From: the human T2T-CHM13v2.0 reference genome, Homo sapiens
DNA length: 64,000 nucleotides
Strand: one strand, 5' to 3'
NCBI RefSeq assembly: GCF_009914755.1
Contig: NC_060938.1
A program made the translations under genes and the position numbers. The notes below the pieces were generated by a model that did not search any database, was not told where the DNA came from, and saw only the letters and a program-made list of their open reading frames with translations. Below are positions 41,901 through 54,320 of the stretch, in pieces; position 1 is the stretch's first letter; every line of letters begins with the position of its first letter.

Positions 41901-43957
41901 CGTTTGCTATTTCATAAATTCATACAGTGCAAGAAATGCTGGAAGTATGGAGGACTGTCTCTCCTTACCAGAAAATAGGCTAATGCTTACTGTAAAACAT
42001 TCTTCTAAAAATATTCAGTGCTTGTGGTTGTAGTCTGAAGTAGGAGTTTTAAGAGACTTTCCTGATTTTTTTTTAAAAAACACAGTGGAAGTTTATTTCT
42101 CGTTCACATGAAATCCCCCTCGTGTTTCCTAAGAAGCTTCCCAGATGAGTTTTGCAGACACAACGGACCTTTCTTTAGTGTCTCTACCTGAATTTTCATG
42201 GCAGAAAATAGCCTCTAGTTGTTGTATAGCTCTAAAGGTTCTCATTTATTCAGATATACATTATATTGTATATCCATGATTCCTTGCCTTCTAGTTTAAG
42301 CTATCATTTAAACAATAAGGGCTAGGGTTAAAAATGCTCTTTTTACAGCCCAGTGGTGTCTTATTTGGCTTTTATTACAGAACTATTTTATTTAAGCTTA
42401 ATTATAAATATTTACTAATGACTTACCTATGTGCCATTTGATGCCAAAAGTATATTAAGGAGTATTAATATGAATTGTATAATATAACAACTGGAGTTAC
42501 TAAATGAAGCATGATAGTGAGACATATCAAAAAGAGTATAGCAGAAACAGACTGGAATTTGTTGGTAGTCTCAGTAGGGAAGCATGTGTTTGTATCTTGT
42601 AAGATTTCTGTACTCAGTGTGGAGTGTCACAGATGAAGTGATACCAGGCTCTTGTAAAGCACAAGAGAAAAACCATTAAGATGATAAACTTAAAATATAA
42701 CACATGAGTTAAATGAATATATAACTAGAGTCAGGATATCTGGCTTTATATTATTTTATTAGGCAATAATTTAGTTAGTCAATAATACAAGAGGCTGAGT
42801 AGCTGTATCTTGACAGGGACATGTATGTTTCTATAGTAGAACTCTCTAAGATTCTCATAATACTGGGAAAAAATGTGGTTTTTTTTTGCTAAGTTTGAAG
42901 GATGGGCAAATCAGTAAGCTCGAACAAATAAAATTGTTGTTGGAATCCTAATATTTGCAATTGTTATAAATGAAGCGGAAAGAGAGGCCAAAAGACTCAT
43001 ATCTTGTTTCCTCTTCCCCATGGTCCACCTCCTTGTTCCCACTCACCTGAGAAAATACAGTTGATCATATCTGTATCAAGGAGAGCACTGCCAATATTTT
43101 GTTCACAATGGTTTCTTAGTAAAAAGTTGCTGATGATAAAAATGAGATCTGTTAATGCAATGCAAATTGCATGGAAGGCCTGTGTTCTTGGTGGCATTTA
43201 TTTATTTTGGCAATGATTGTTCAAGCATTGCTGTTATAATTAATTAAATCTCCATTCAGAAATATTTATTACAAGTTTTGCTGCCAACAACTTTTTATTA
43301 TGATTATTTCAGCTAAATAAAGAGGGCTTATGATCTAAGATCACATGTTTTGAAATCACTTATATAAATTAATTTTATAAATACATACTGACTGCATGTT
43401 CTAATTTGTAAATAGGTCAAATGATTCTTATCTCCTGAAAGCTCAGATTTACTATTCTAGATTGTAAGTTTTCATTATTTTGTGTTTGATAGCAGCTATC
43501 AGGTGAACTCAATTGTTTTCTTTTACTGGATATTTGAAAAGAAAATTGTTGGTTTTCCCTTCAAGTAAAGTAAGCAAGCTAAGTATCATTTAGTATTCTT
43601 AAGCTTCTATGTGAGGTTGAGAGTTGTACAATAGTGTTCTGAAATCATGATTTCTGCAGCACGTCATCATCATAATCATTCATATTTATTAAGTGCTTCT
43701 AATGTAACAAGCTGTCAATCTATCTTCACGGCTATATCTATGTATGTGAAACCAGAGTTTATATAATCACAAATTAGGTAGATAAGTGATAGAAAAAAAT
43801 CATCCCAGGAAGAGATGAGTAATAGCACAGTGGTTGATACTGTGGTCAGTCTTAATGATTCACTTTCCTCTTTGGGGCCTTTGAGGTCTGTGGGCACGTG
43901 AACACGCATTTTTACTTTCTGCTTTCTCAGTTTATCACTATAATGGGAACAACTCTT

Positions 43958-44454
43958 TATTTTATTTTATTTATTTATTATTATACTTTAAGTTCTAGGG
44001 TACATGTGCACAACGTGCAGGTTTGTTACATATGTATACATGTGCCATGTTGGTGTGCTGCACCCATTAACTCGTCATTTACATTAGGTATATCTCCTAA
44101 TGCTTTCCCTCCCGCCTCTCCCCACCCCACGACAGGCGCCGGTGTGTGATGTTCCCCTTCCTCTGTCCAGGTGTTCTCATTGTTCCATTCCCACCTATGA
44201 GTGAGAACATGCGGTGTTTGGTTTTTTGCCCTTGCGATAGCTTGCTGACGATAGTTTGCTGAGAATGATGGTTTCCAGCTTCATCCATGTCCCTACAAAG
44301 GACATGAACTCATCCTTTTTTATGGCTGCATAGTATTCCATGGTGTATATGTGCCACATTTTCTTAATCCAGTCTATCATTGTTTGACATTTGGGTTGGT
44401 TCCAAGTCTTTGCTATTGTGAGTAGTGCCACAATAAACATAGGTGTGCATACTC
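43958..44454 (-). mobile_element. 5'-truncated young L1PA (about PA3-PA6) 3' end
   Basis: ttattatactttaagttctagggtacatgtgcacaacgtgcagg...; ORF 44195-44440 is the L1 ORF2p C-terminus (AKTWNQPKC...IDWIKKMWHIYTMEYYAAIKKDEFMSF); perfect 14-bp TSD tgggaacaactctt at 43944-43957 and 44455-44468. Confidence 0.96.
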
Positions 44455-44483
44455 TGGGAACAACTCTTAAAAATCATGGCAAT

Positions 44484-44784
44484 CACCCGGAGCAGTGGCT
44501 CATGCCTGTAATCCCAGCAGTTTGGCGGGCCGAGGTGAGTCACTTAAGGTCAGGAGTTCGAGACCAGCCTGGGCACCATGGCGAAACCCTGTCTCTACTA
44601 AAAATACAAAAATTAACCAGGCGTGGTGGCGCACTCCTGTAGTCCCAGCTACTCCAGAATCTGAGGTGGGAGAATTGCTTGAGCCTGGAAGGCACAGGCT
44701 GCAGTGTGCGGGGATTGGGCCACTGAACTCCATCCAGCCTGGGCGGCAAAGGGACTCCTTTCCAAACAAACAAACCAACAAATA
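44484..44784 (+). mobile_element. Divergent full-length Alu (AluS/J age)
   Basis: gtggctcatgcctgtaatcccagc...ggtcaggagttcgagaccagcc...; 15-bp TSD aaaaatcatggcaat at 44469-44483 and 44785-44799. Confidence 0.93.
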
Positions 44785-44963
44785 AAAAATCATGGCAATT
44801 TTTTTTTCTACAAAATAAACTTACTCAAGAAACAGAATAAACATTTACAATTTTTTTAAAAAAATTTTGTAAGGAGTTAAAAAAGAAGGAAACAACATGA
44901 GATAAGAGTGCACAATGCATAAAACGGAATCAAAGTTATTACATTAAAACAATGGAGCAATGA

Positions 44964-45287
44964 GGCCGGGCACAGTGGCTCACACCTGTAATCCTAGCAC
45001 TTTGGGAGGCCGAGGTGGGTGGATCACGAGGTCAGGAGATCGAGACCATCCTGGCTAACACGGTGAAACCCTGTCTCTACTAAAATTAAAAAAAAAAAAT
45101 ACAAAAAATTAGCTGGGCGTAGTGGTGGGCGCCTGTAGTCCCAGCTACTCAGGAAGCTGAGGCAGGAGAATGGCGTGAACCCAGGAGGCAGAGCTTGCAG
45201 TGAGCTGAGATTGCACCACTGCACTCCAGCCTGGGCGACAGAGCGAGACTCCGCCTCACAAAAAAGTAAAATAAAATAAAAATAAAA
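44964..45287 (+). mobile_element. AluY with an expanded middle A-rich linker
   Basis: gagatcgagaccatcctggctaacacggtg; linker aaaattaaaaaaaaaaaatacaaaaaa; TSD aatggaRcaatga at 44951-44963 and 45288-45300. Confidence 0.95.
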
Positions 45288-45299
45288 AATGGAACAATG

Positions 45300-45900
45300 A
45301 GTAACAACCATGACAATGCTGAAAAATTAAATCCGTGAAGAAGATGAAAAACTGGAGAAACTTTCTTCTAACTGAAAGGGAAAATATGTGATGTGGAGGA
45401 CAGACACAACATATATGATTTAAATATATGTTTAAAAAAGTTTTGAGTGAAAACACAGAACTGATGGAGTAGTGATCAATGCTAAACTTCAGAAGACTTA
45501 AAACTTTAGATTGAGAAAGTTTACTGAACATAAGTGAAAATCTACCTGAGGAAACATATTTATACCTGTGCTAGATTTTTATTTTACATTTAAAAATAGG
45601 TTTAAAATGTTTTTCAACCGTCTAGATCAGATTAAAAAATAGGTTAACATAAAAAGTAAAAGATAATCATGCTGATTTCAGATTTCTCATATCAGAGATA
45701 TTGGATTAACATCCAAAGAGTTTCCTCAGATCTCAGAACTCTATATCTGTGTTTGAGGACCAAAGAAGCACATTCCGTGATTACTCACATCTTCTGTAAA
45801 TAAAGGTATAAAAATCACAACTCGATGAGAAATAAGTTGTGCAGGTGAAGCACATTAATCCAATTAAATGGAGAACTGCCTTTGAATTAATGCAATTTTC
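45300..45900 (+). mobile_element. Possible HAL1/L1M ORF1-like relic
   Basis: A-rich tract with ctttagattgagaaag and aaagataatcatgctgatttcagatttctca, typical of L1 ORF1-like remnants. Confidence 0.4.
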
Positions 45901-47919
45901 AAAGAAATCCCTGAACTTGAAAACAGATCATTCTATAAAATAAATTATAAGATGCTAATATTTCACGTTTAAAAAAAAGGGAGTGAGAGGCGTCTATAAG
46001 GATGAGTATCCTAAATATTAGGTGCTCTACTTGGAGATTTAACAGATTATTACTAGGGAAATAAAAGAAAACACAATTGGAAAAAGTTATAAAATGATAT
46101 AAGGAGTCACCTCAATTTTACAGAAACATTTTATGCAAATATAAATATAAATTATATTGTATATATTTTCAATATATTCCAGTGAAAGAGATATTTAGAT
46201 GTTGAATGAAAGATTATTAAATTCCCTCATGTGTTTTTATTTTACATGTTTTCAACAATGACTATCAACTACATAACAAATAATAAAATAATGATTTTGT
46301 ATTAACATAAAATTTAAAATATTTTCATATACATACAATGACATTATCTAGAGATTTTTAGCTAATAGAGTATTTTCAGTGACAAACTTGAAGAGATAAA
46401 TTAAACCTGATTATATTTGAATGACTTAAGTCAATTATTTTATATATATGTATAATAAAAGTGGCATTTATTAAGGGGAGATTTAGTTGTATATTTATTA
46501 TACATTTAAATTAACAAAAAAGTGGAAATTGAGAGTGGTTAACCTGGCAAGTGAGAGAAATAATAGCCAAGGTGAGCCTTAAAATAAGTGCCATGATAGA
46601 AATGCATGTGTTCAACTTTATCTTAAACAAAAACCTCAAGGAATGAAACTTTTGGGAATAAGCATATCTGGTTTTTTTTAAATTTTAATAATTTTCATCC
46701 ATAGATCAATGATTGAGTGAGATATGATGCTAAAAATTTGCTCTGCTGTTGCAATTTTAATGTGAAGAATTAGAGAAGAGATAACAGATGTCTTTGCACT
46801 TTTGGCAGGAAAGAGCTTATTTCAAATTCTGGGCTGATTTAAGGCCTGTTTAAAGCTGATTTGTCACCTGGATGATGATTTTTTACTAAAAAGTAGAAAG
46901 CTCATCTTGGGGGAAAAGTTAATCTGATGTACTGGCTTAACTGAAAATCAGAATACGTTTGTATTTTCAAGTTATGTTGCAATAGAAACTAGGATTATAT
47001 CTCAATCTTTGTAAAAGTTATTTCTTATTGAAAGAAAACTTTGTATGGTAAACATTTTTTCTTCCAAAATTTCCTCAGAAAGTTAAATAGAAAAAATCTT
47101 AGGAGCTAAATGTGCCAGAACCTATTTTGGTCCATGGAAATTGCATTTGTCACCCACTTTTCCCTTTCCAGCACCCACCCACCACAAGGCTGACTCAATA
47201 GGTGGAGCAGGTGTCACGAATTCCAGTGAGCTCATGAAGTGTTGAATGTGTTCCCGTTGCAAGTCACTTACTATGCTATTATTCCTCAATCCCTGTGGGA
47301 GCTCGTTCCTCTGTGTTTACTTACTTTAATGTATTTGACTTACAGAAGAATTAAAACAAAACTCGTCTTTACTTGGTTTATTTTGACTTTTTCTGATTAC
47401 TAAGGTAAATACGTGGGAGGTTAAGAGAGATGTTGGCTCTTTCTGACCAAACTTCAGATACAGAAGGTCTCTTGCAATTTATGCTGTGTTACATTGGCTA
47501 GATAGGTACTTTGCACTTACTAAACTTAATAGTTTCTAAAATTGGAAACTGTTTTCTTCAAAATTGTATCGTATATGTTTCTCTTTTGTCCCAAATGTTT
47601 TAGAAAAAGATGAGGGGATTTTTTAAAATATATTTTCTTATATTTGTTTATAACAAGTTGTAGTGAATTCAGGGCTTGAAATCAGTTGATTTTTGTTCTA
47701 CAAATGAATCTCTTCCTTCTTCTGTTAAACTACATTTATTAATTATTTTATCTTAGGTAGGCTAAACATTACTGTTAAATTTTATTGCAAGATCTAGAAA
47801 ATGAAGCCAAATTACAAATGTCTGTATTGTCGGTAATGTATTTTTCTTAACCATTCCTAAACTTACTTTTAGCCTCTGTTTTATTAACCAAATTTTCTGC
47901 ATTTATATTAATTGTGGAG

Positions 47920-48150
47920 ACAGGCTGGTGTAGTGGATGAAATGTGAACTTTAGAGAAAGATTCCTTCAGTTTTAAGCTGAGCCCTTCAACTTTATAACA
48001 CATTAGCAGAATATAACATTAAAAATTTAGGAAAAATTAAAAGGATCAGATTCTTCATCTGTAAATGGGGACAAGTATAAATAATGAATGGAAATATTTT
48101 CAGGGTTTTATGGGGCAGTATAATTTAAATGCCTAATATTATTTAGTTCA
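47920..48150 (+). mobile_element. MIR SINE (degenerate)
   Basis: ggctggtgtagtggatgaaatgtgaactttag...tcagattcttcatctgtaaatggggacaag. Confidence 0.6.
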
Positions 48151-48659
48151 TGATTGGTGTGAGAAACATCTCTGCTTCTGATCATCCTTTGTTAAAATTT
48201 CAAACCAGCTGTGAAATAAATGTTGTAATGCAGGCATCAAGGGAAGAAATCTAAATAATTTATAGACACAAAGAAATGAGTCTTTGGGTGATCATCTACA
48301 GTTGTAGTAGTTGAATAGATGCTGTGTTTCTCAGTCTTTTGCAAATGACTTTTGGAGAATTGTTAACCTCTCAAAAATATATTCAGTTTTAAAATGAGCA
48401 CTTTATGGCATTTAAGAACATTAAATAATTATTTAAGAGAATACTTGAAAAATGTGGTAAAACAACAACATGTTATCCAGGTTACAGTTCATGGTGTTAA
48501 CTCATATTGTTATACCTGATTTTAAGAGATTTCACAATTTTCTCAATATTTATCCAAAAGTATTCCTATGCGGGTAAAATGTTCTTTTAAAAATGATATA
48601 CAGTGAGGTCCTTTAAAATTATAATTGCTCACAGACACCAGCTGAAGCAGAGACTGATA

Positions 48660-49530
48660 TGTGTCTGAATTAGTTAGCTACTACTACAGTAATGATATTT
48701 AACGAACTGTGTCTCTCTCCCTCTATTCTGCATCTTACAGCAGCAAACTGATTCTCACCTACCAGGCCAGCAAGCCACTTGTAGTTTAGCTGATCTAGGA
48801 TGGTCTACACTGAGTGGCTCTGTCTCAGAATGTGGGTTCACTGGATGTGGCTTCAAACTCATATCTGCACAAGTTTTGGTCTACTTCACACCTTTCATCC
48901 TTCCTGAGGCTTGTTGTTTTCAAGATTAAGGGAACAAATTGCAAGGGAAGGTGAAACTTGCTCAGGACATTTAAAACATTTGCTATTGTCAATTCTGCTA
49001 ATTTTCCACTGACAAAGCAAATTTTATGGCCAAAGCCAATATCAATGAGATGGGGAAATAGATATTGCTCACTCTCCTGAGAAGTACTGCAAAGTCACAT
49101 GGCAAAGGTATGGGTGCATGGAGAGAATGAAGAAATTAGAAGGATTTGATCTACTATGGTGTTCACCAAACTTTCCTTCCTGAGAAAATACTTAAATTAT
49201 GTTTCTCTTGCCGATAGGGTGTCACATGGGAAGGGGTGATGCCAATGAAAGGTAGTTAGAAGTGACAAATGCCAATTCCATGCTTGGTTCGTAAAACCTC
49301 TCACACTATGCTTCTTGCTCTCTCCTTATTAATTTGCTGGCTGAGTGTGGAGGACTCTTGGACCTGGAATAATATGTCCAAGCTACACAGTCACAATGGA
49401 AGGAAACTGGACTCTAATTTTATACAGGAGAGCCTCTAAGTAGTCTCACATTGATGTGTGACATTAGAGCTAAATAAACTTTTGTTGCGTATTAATCTTC
49501 TCAGATCTTTGGCATTATTTGTTATAGTAG
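48660..49530. mobile_element. Two adjacent old MLT1-type LTR fragments
   Basis: ttctgctaattttccactgacaaagcaaattttatggccaaagccaatatcaatgagatggggaaatag; gagctaaataaacttttgttgcgtattaatc...ttatttgttatagtagctagcct. Confidence 0.55.
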
Positions 49531-52500
49531 CTAGCCTGTGATACTAGACTCTTCAACTTCTTAACATCTATCCTAAATATTCAAGTGTCTAAAATAATTC
49601 CACCAAAGAATCAAATACGTGTTCTGGAGAAGAGATCATCCTCAACACTTCCATCAGGACTCAGATGAATGTAAGTAGGGCATACCTATCAAGGCACTTC
49701 ATTTGGAATACTGAGGGGGAGATTGTACTTCTGAACTGAGAAGGCTGTTATTTAAAATGGTAGGATGGATTTCAGTGGATGTGTTTGAATAGTGAAATTT
49801 ACTTTCAGATTGAGGTATTTGAGAGAAATTATTGGGGAAAAATTGAAAAGCTGTGGGCAAACTTAATTTTTATTGTTTAATTACTACTTCTAACAAAGCT
49901 AATAAATGCATATGGCAATAAATTCAAATTGTATAAAAGGATATATAATTAAAAACTAAATCTCCCTGTCTTCTCTCCAGCTATAACTAAGATAATGGTT
50001 CCCTATGTAAATCCTCAAGCATTTTTTTCTGCATATATACTCTACATAGGAGCTGTTTTGTGCTGGTTCTTGATGCTGGTATGAGTACTGACTCCCACCC
50101 GTTTAAGAACTGGGTGCTAGGCCTACACCTTTTCTATCCACTGCTGTATAACTAATGCCAGATGGTACCTTGACAATATCTGAGGTGATGCTGTGTGACA
50201 GTACCTATTGTGATGATCAGAATTTATGCTTCAAAGATTTTATGACTTGCAGAAGATGCCAAATTTCTATCTAACCAAAAATATTATGTTCAGTCTAAAT
50301 GCAGTGTTAAAATATTAGAGTTAAATTTATTTCAACTTGGGATTGCAATCTGGAATTAGGAGTTAATTTTTTTCGGTAGCAAAATGGTGCATGGTGTCAG
50401 GTGAAATTATGTAATTTCTTTCAGTAAAGGAACAAAGGTGTACAATCTGCATCTAAGCTATTCTGCTCACTTTTCTGTATACCTTGGATTAGAGCATGCT
50501 TTTTTCTTGAAGTGATGGGGTCTTTTGTGTACCTTTACCTCGGCCCTCAGTAATTGTAATTGTGTGGGGCCCTGAGAGTCCAGTTTCCTGAAGCTGAAAA
50601 AAAACACACTTTGTATGAGGAGGGATATTGAGAGGTCATTTGTACCAACGGTGACCAGATGGCTTTGAAATTTTGAAGAAGCTCGGTGTGGGGGCTGTTT
50701 GGAATCAAGGGCAGATTTGAAACCATATGGGATTGTTTTAGTCCAGAAAAGTTAAAATTTATAAAGAAGAATGGCTAAAAATAAATCCAGTCTTGGGCAA
50801 TGGCTAGAGGACGAGCAATTCCTCGGAGTTGGGAATACTGGGTTCTTGGCTTCTTGCTATAAATATGTGAATCCCTCCTCTCTCCTCCCCATTCTTTGTC
50901 TCCTGTGACCCTCCATCACTTTGTTTCCTGTTTGCTTTTTTTCTCAATGGGGACTTTATAATTTTGTTGTTTACTGTCTGTGGTGCAGGGAATGTTACTG
51001 TCAGGTCTGTTGAAAGGCTGCCATGGAAAGGGTCAGCCTCGTCATTTGTTTTTTTATGGAACCTCCTGCTCTAAGCTAGCAAAGCCCTAAATCATACCCT
51101 TGTTCTGGGAGACAAAGTAATAGACGAAATGGTTATTTAAAACAGGGGAAATAAAACGTCACTCAAATATCCCTAACAGAATTGTTTATTTTACTCTCAC
51201 CTTTAATCACAAGTAGAATTATTCTTTATTCACAAATACAGTGAATCTAAGCTTTCAGCTGAGCATTTAGTGGAACATCTACCCAGTAAGCCTTGCTTAT
51301 GTTGCAGACAGCTACCCTGAGGAGTGATTTGAATTTAAATGTGATTCCCTTATTAGTTTCTGCTAACTGCAAATATCCCAGGCACTTAATTAAGTGGCTG
51401 AGTAATGTATGAATGCTCACTTCTGCTTGTCATGCAGAACAAAGTGATGTATTTATATTCCATGCACAATATGAAATTTAATGACACGGGCAACAGTAAT
51501 TTAGAAAACCTTTGTTTTATTGTCCTTGTTTTTGCTTAAGCAATTTCTTCGCTTTGTTATAGTTTGGCCAGGACAGTGATATAAGACTTGGTCTAAATGT
51601 TAGCTTCTGGCAGGTGACATTTCCTAATAAACCATAGGTTCTTCTGTGCCATGTAATGACTGTAAACGTCGGTGGGTTTTTGTTAACTATGCTACTTTGG
51701 CTTTTATTCCTAACTCTAATTTTGATTTAATAGCAGAGAACAATTAGTTTACCTGGCTGGTTAGCCACTGAAACAAAAGAGAAAATGTAGATTCTGCTTG
51801 GATTTGAACAAATGCATTGCGTTGCAAAGTAAACAAATATAAAAACAACCAGTACTTCTTTTTTGAACACTAGATCATGGAGAGGAATAATATTGAGGCA
51901 AACTCTCCTGATAAGTATCAGGGGACGAGTTTCATGTTTGTTGTTTTTCTAATATTGATATTTATTTTTTTACTTCAGGAATGCAAAAATCCAAGATATT
52001 TTTGTTTGTTATTTAAGGTGAATGCCAAAGCTTTGGCACTAGTTTCCCTCTATCCCAGTCTCTCTGGATTTCCCTTAGGCTCACATAATACTTCAGATAC
52101 CTCTAAATTAAGTGTGCATGTCTTGTCATTTTAAACTGGGATGTGCATATGTTTGGTCATTTGGACAGATGTTTGACTTGTCAGATGGTGCTATTGTCGT
52201 GCACAACAGAAGGAATTCATGTCCTTTCTGTTTCAGCTCCTTTGCTCCACGTGTGGGGTTAGGAAGCTTCTTTAATTAGAGTCTCAACTCTTTCTGTTCT
52301 GGAAATCCTAACCTCAATTAGTCTAGTCTCTTTATTTAGACTGTTTCATTTGTTTCCTAATGGATTTAGGTGGGTGATGAATTGGATCAAAGTTGCAACA
52401 TATTACTTCCTGGTATAAAATGTATTTTATATGCTGAATTCTGTGCCACAAGAAAGCTGCAACTTTCATCTGAACCATAATTCCTGACTTCATGAGGAAC

Positions 52501-52574
52501 TGTGTGCAAATTATGTACCCTTACTTTCACATACCTGCATAATCTCTTTCCTGTCAGCTTCAGCCACGCTCTGT

Positions 52575-52608
52575 CCAATCTCACTCCAACCAATGCAGAA
52601 TGACGTCA
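52575..52608. promoter_or_regulatory. Candidate cis-element cluster: two CCAAT motifs and a palindromic CRE (TGACGTCA)
   Basis: ccaat at 52575-52579 and 52590-52594; tgacgtca at 52601-52608 with its CpG preserved; motif match only. Confidence 0.4.
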
Positions 52609-53141
52609 AGCTGCTGGGAGAACATTGCTGCGCAGTTCCTGTCAGAGAAGCCCTACTGCTCAGTAAATTCTTGGCAGTGCTATTCCTTGGTGCCTTGATA
52701 ACCATAAACTGCTGTTGTGTTTAAAACAATTATTGCATTCTGCAAAATTCTTAGTCGTATTGGACAATATTTCAGTCTTACTTTTCTGCTCCTCTCTTAT
52801 CACACCCTCAATTCTAGGTGTGCTGACAAGGCACTGAGCAAGGGAATGGGAAAATACTGGAAATGTAGCAAGAAATGCAAGGAGCTGTTCTGATCTCCTA
52901 ATTTCTGTGCACCTGCATTTGATAGGATTACTCTCTCTGGCTCTGAAATCAATCGTCTTCTGTCTCATCCCCCTTCAGCCATTGTGACCTCACCATATGC
53001 CCCTGACTGGAGAGAAGCCCAGGTTGGCTGCCTACAATCAGAGTCCACATATGTTCGGGGGAGGGACCCCAGAAGGCGGCTGACAGTATTCCTTTAGCCA
53101 GAAATCCCTTCAGGGAAGAGAAAGGTGCTCCCCTTTGCCTG

Positions 53142-53237
53142 CTTTTATACTACAGACTGTTTCCAACTCCAGCTAGAAGTGACTATTGCCGATTATGGTA
53201 ACTTACCTTTACCCTCCAGCTGTAGAGCTCAGCCAAT
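53142..53237 (-). promoter_or_regulatory. Candidate minus-strand core promoter (TATAAAAG plus an upstream CCAAT)
   Basis: cttttata at 53142-53149 reads TATAAAAG on the minus strand; agccaatg at 53231-53238; lies in a repeat-poor block. Confidence 0.3.
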
Positions 53238-53990
53238 GGATCTTATCTATCTTGGCAAAAAAAATCTTCCTTTATTTATCTTTTTTTCTTTGTTTTCAGC
53301 TAATCAGTGGCGACAAGCTCCCTTTGACTGCTCACTTCTCCAGTGAGGCTTCAAGCTTCTAGGCATCAAGATTAGTAAGGCTGTCTTCTGGGTGGGCCAG
53401 TTTGTTTCTCAGTGACACGAAAACATTGCCTGGGGTGTGCACTGGGTGAGGCTTGTCAGTCAAGATATGATTTTGCACTTCTGATGGATTTTCCAACTAT
53501 TCACTACAAGTTAAAGATACTAGAAATATATACTTCCCTATATCTCTTCTCCTAACCACATTGAATTGTTTTTATTTGAACAGTTGCATGCAGCATGACA
53601 GCAGTACATTAGGGTTGGAAATACACTTAAATGTTCAGTCGATACATCCATCTGGTGCTTAAATTCTAGCCACAGTTCCTGACTTTCATCCAGCCTAGAT
53701 TTGAATCCTTTCAGAAAGAGGAGACTCATGTTCTTCCAAAGCAAGTAATTCTGTCCAGCACACAAGCACGTGTACACATATTTTAACATACACATTCATA
53801 CACACAGACTGAGCCCTTGCCACTAAATCACCTCTGTCCTTTTCTTGAGTCATGTAGTTGAAGTTTGGAGCATAGATGTAGGTAGGATAGGGCAATTATT
53901 GATTCTTGGTGAGGTCCAACACCATCTTCCATACCAAGCTATCGAGGTATTCATTCACCTGCCGGATTTGACATCTGCAAGTTTAATTAA

Positions 53991-53992
<2 letters not shown>

Positions 53993-54068
<76 letters not shown>
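53993..54068. repeat. Compound microsatellite (AT)16(AG)22
   Basis: Uninterrupted AT run at 53993-54024 followed by an AG run at 54025-54068. Confidence 0.98.
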
Positions 54069-54071
<3 letters not shown>

Positions 54072-54099
54072 AGACTATTACTCAAGTGACATTATTGTA

Positions 54100-54320
54100 A
54101 GATGAACCTGGATTCCAAGCCCAACAATAGCATTACTAATTGTTAAGATTTGGGATTTGTTACTAAACCTCTCTGAGCATAAATTCCTTATCTGTAAGAA
54201 ATAAGGATAATAGTATGTATTTCATAGAGTGGTTATCAGTAACACAGAGATAATACAGAAAAAATACTTTGCAAAATGCTGTAGCACATAGCTGAGAGTT
54301 AATAAATGCCATTATTATTG
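54100..54320 (+). mobile_element. MIR SINE
   Basis: aacctggattccaagccc...gttactaaacctctctgagcataaattccttatctgtaag...gcacatagctgagagttaataaatgccattattatt. Confidence 0.75.

Noticed and set aside
47185-47330. AP-1 (tgactca) and E-box motifs with nearby minus-strand GTAAGT hexamers
   Set aside because: These are short motifs with no independent support
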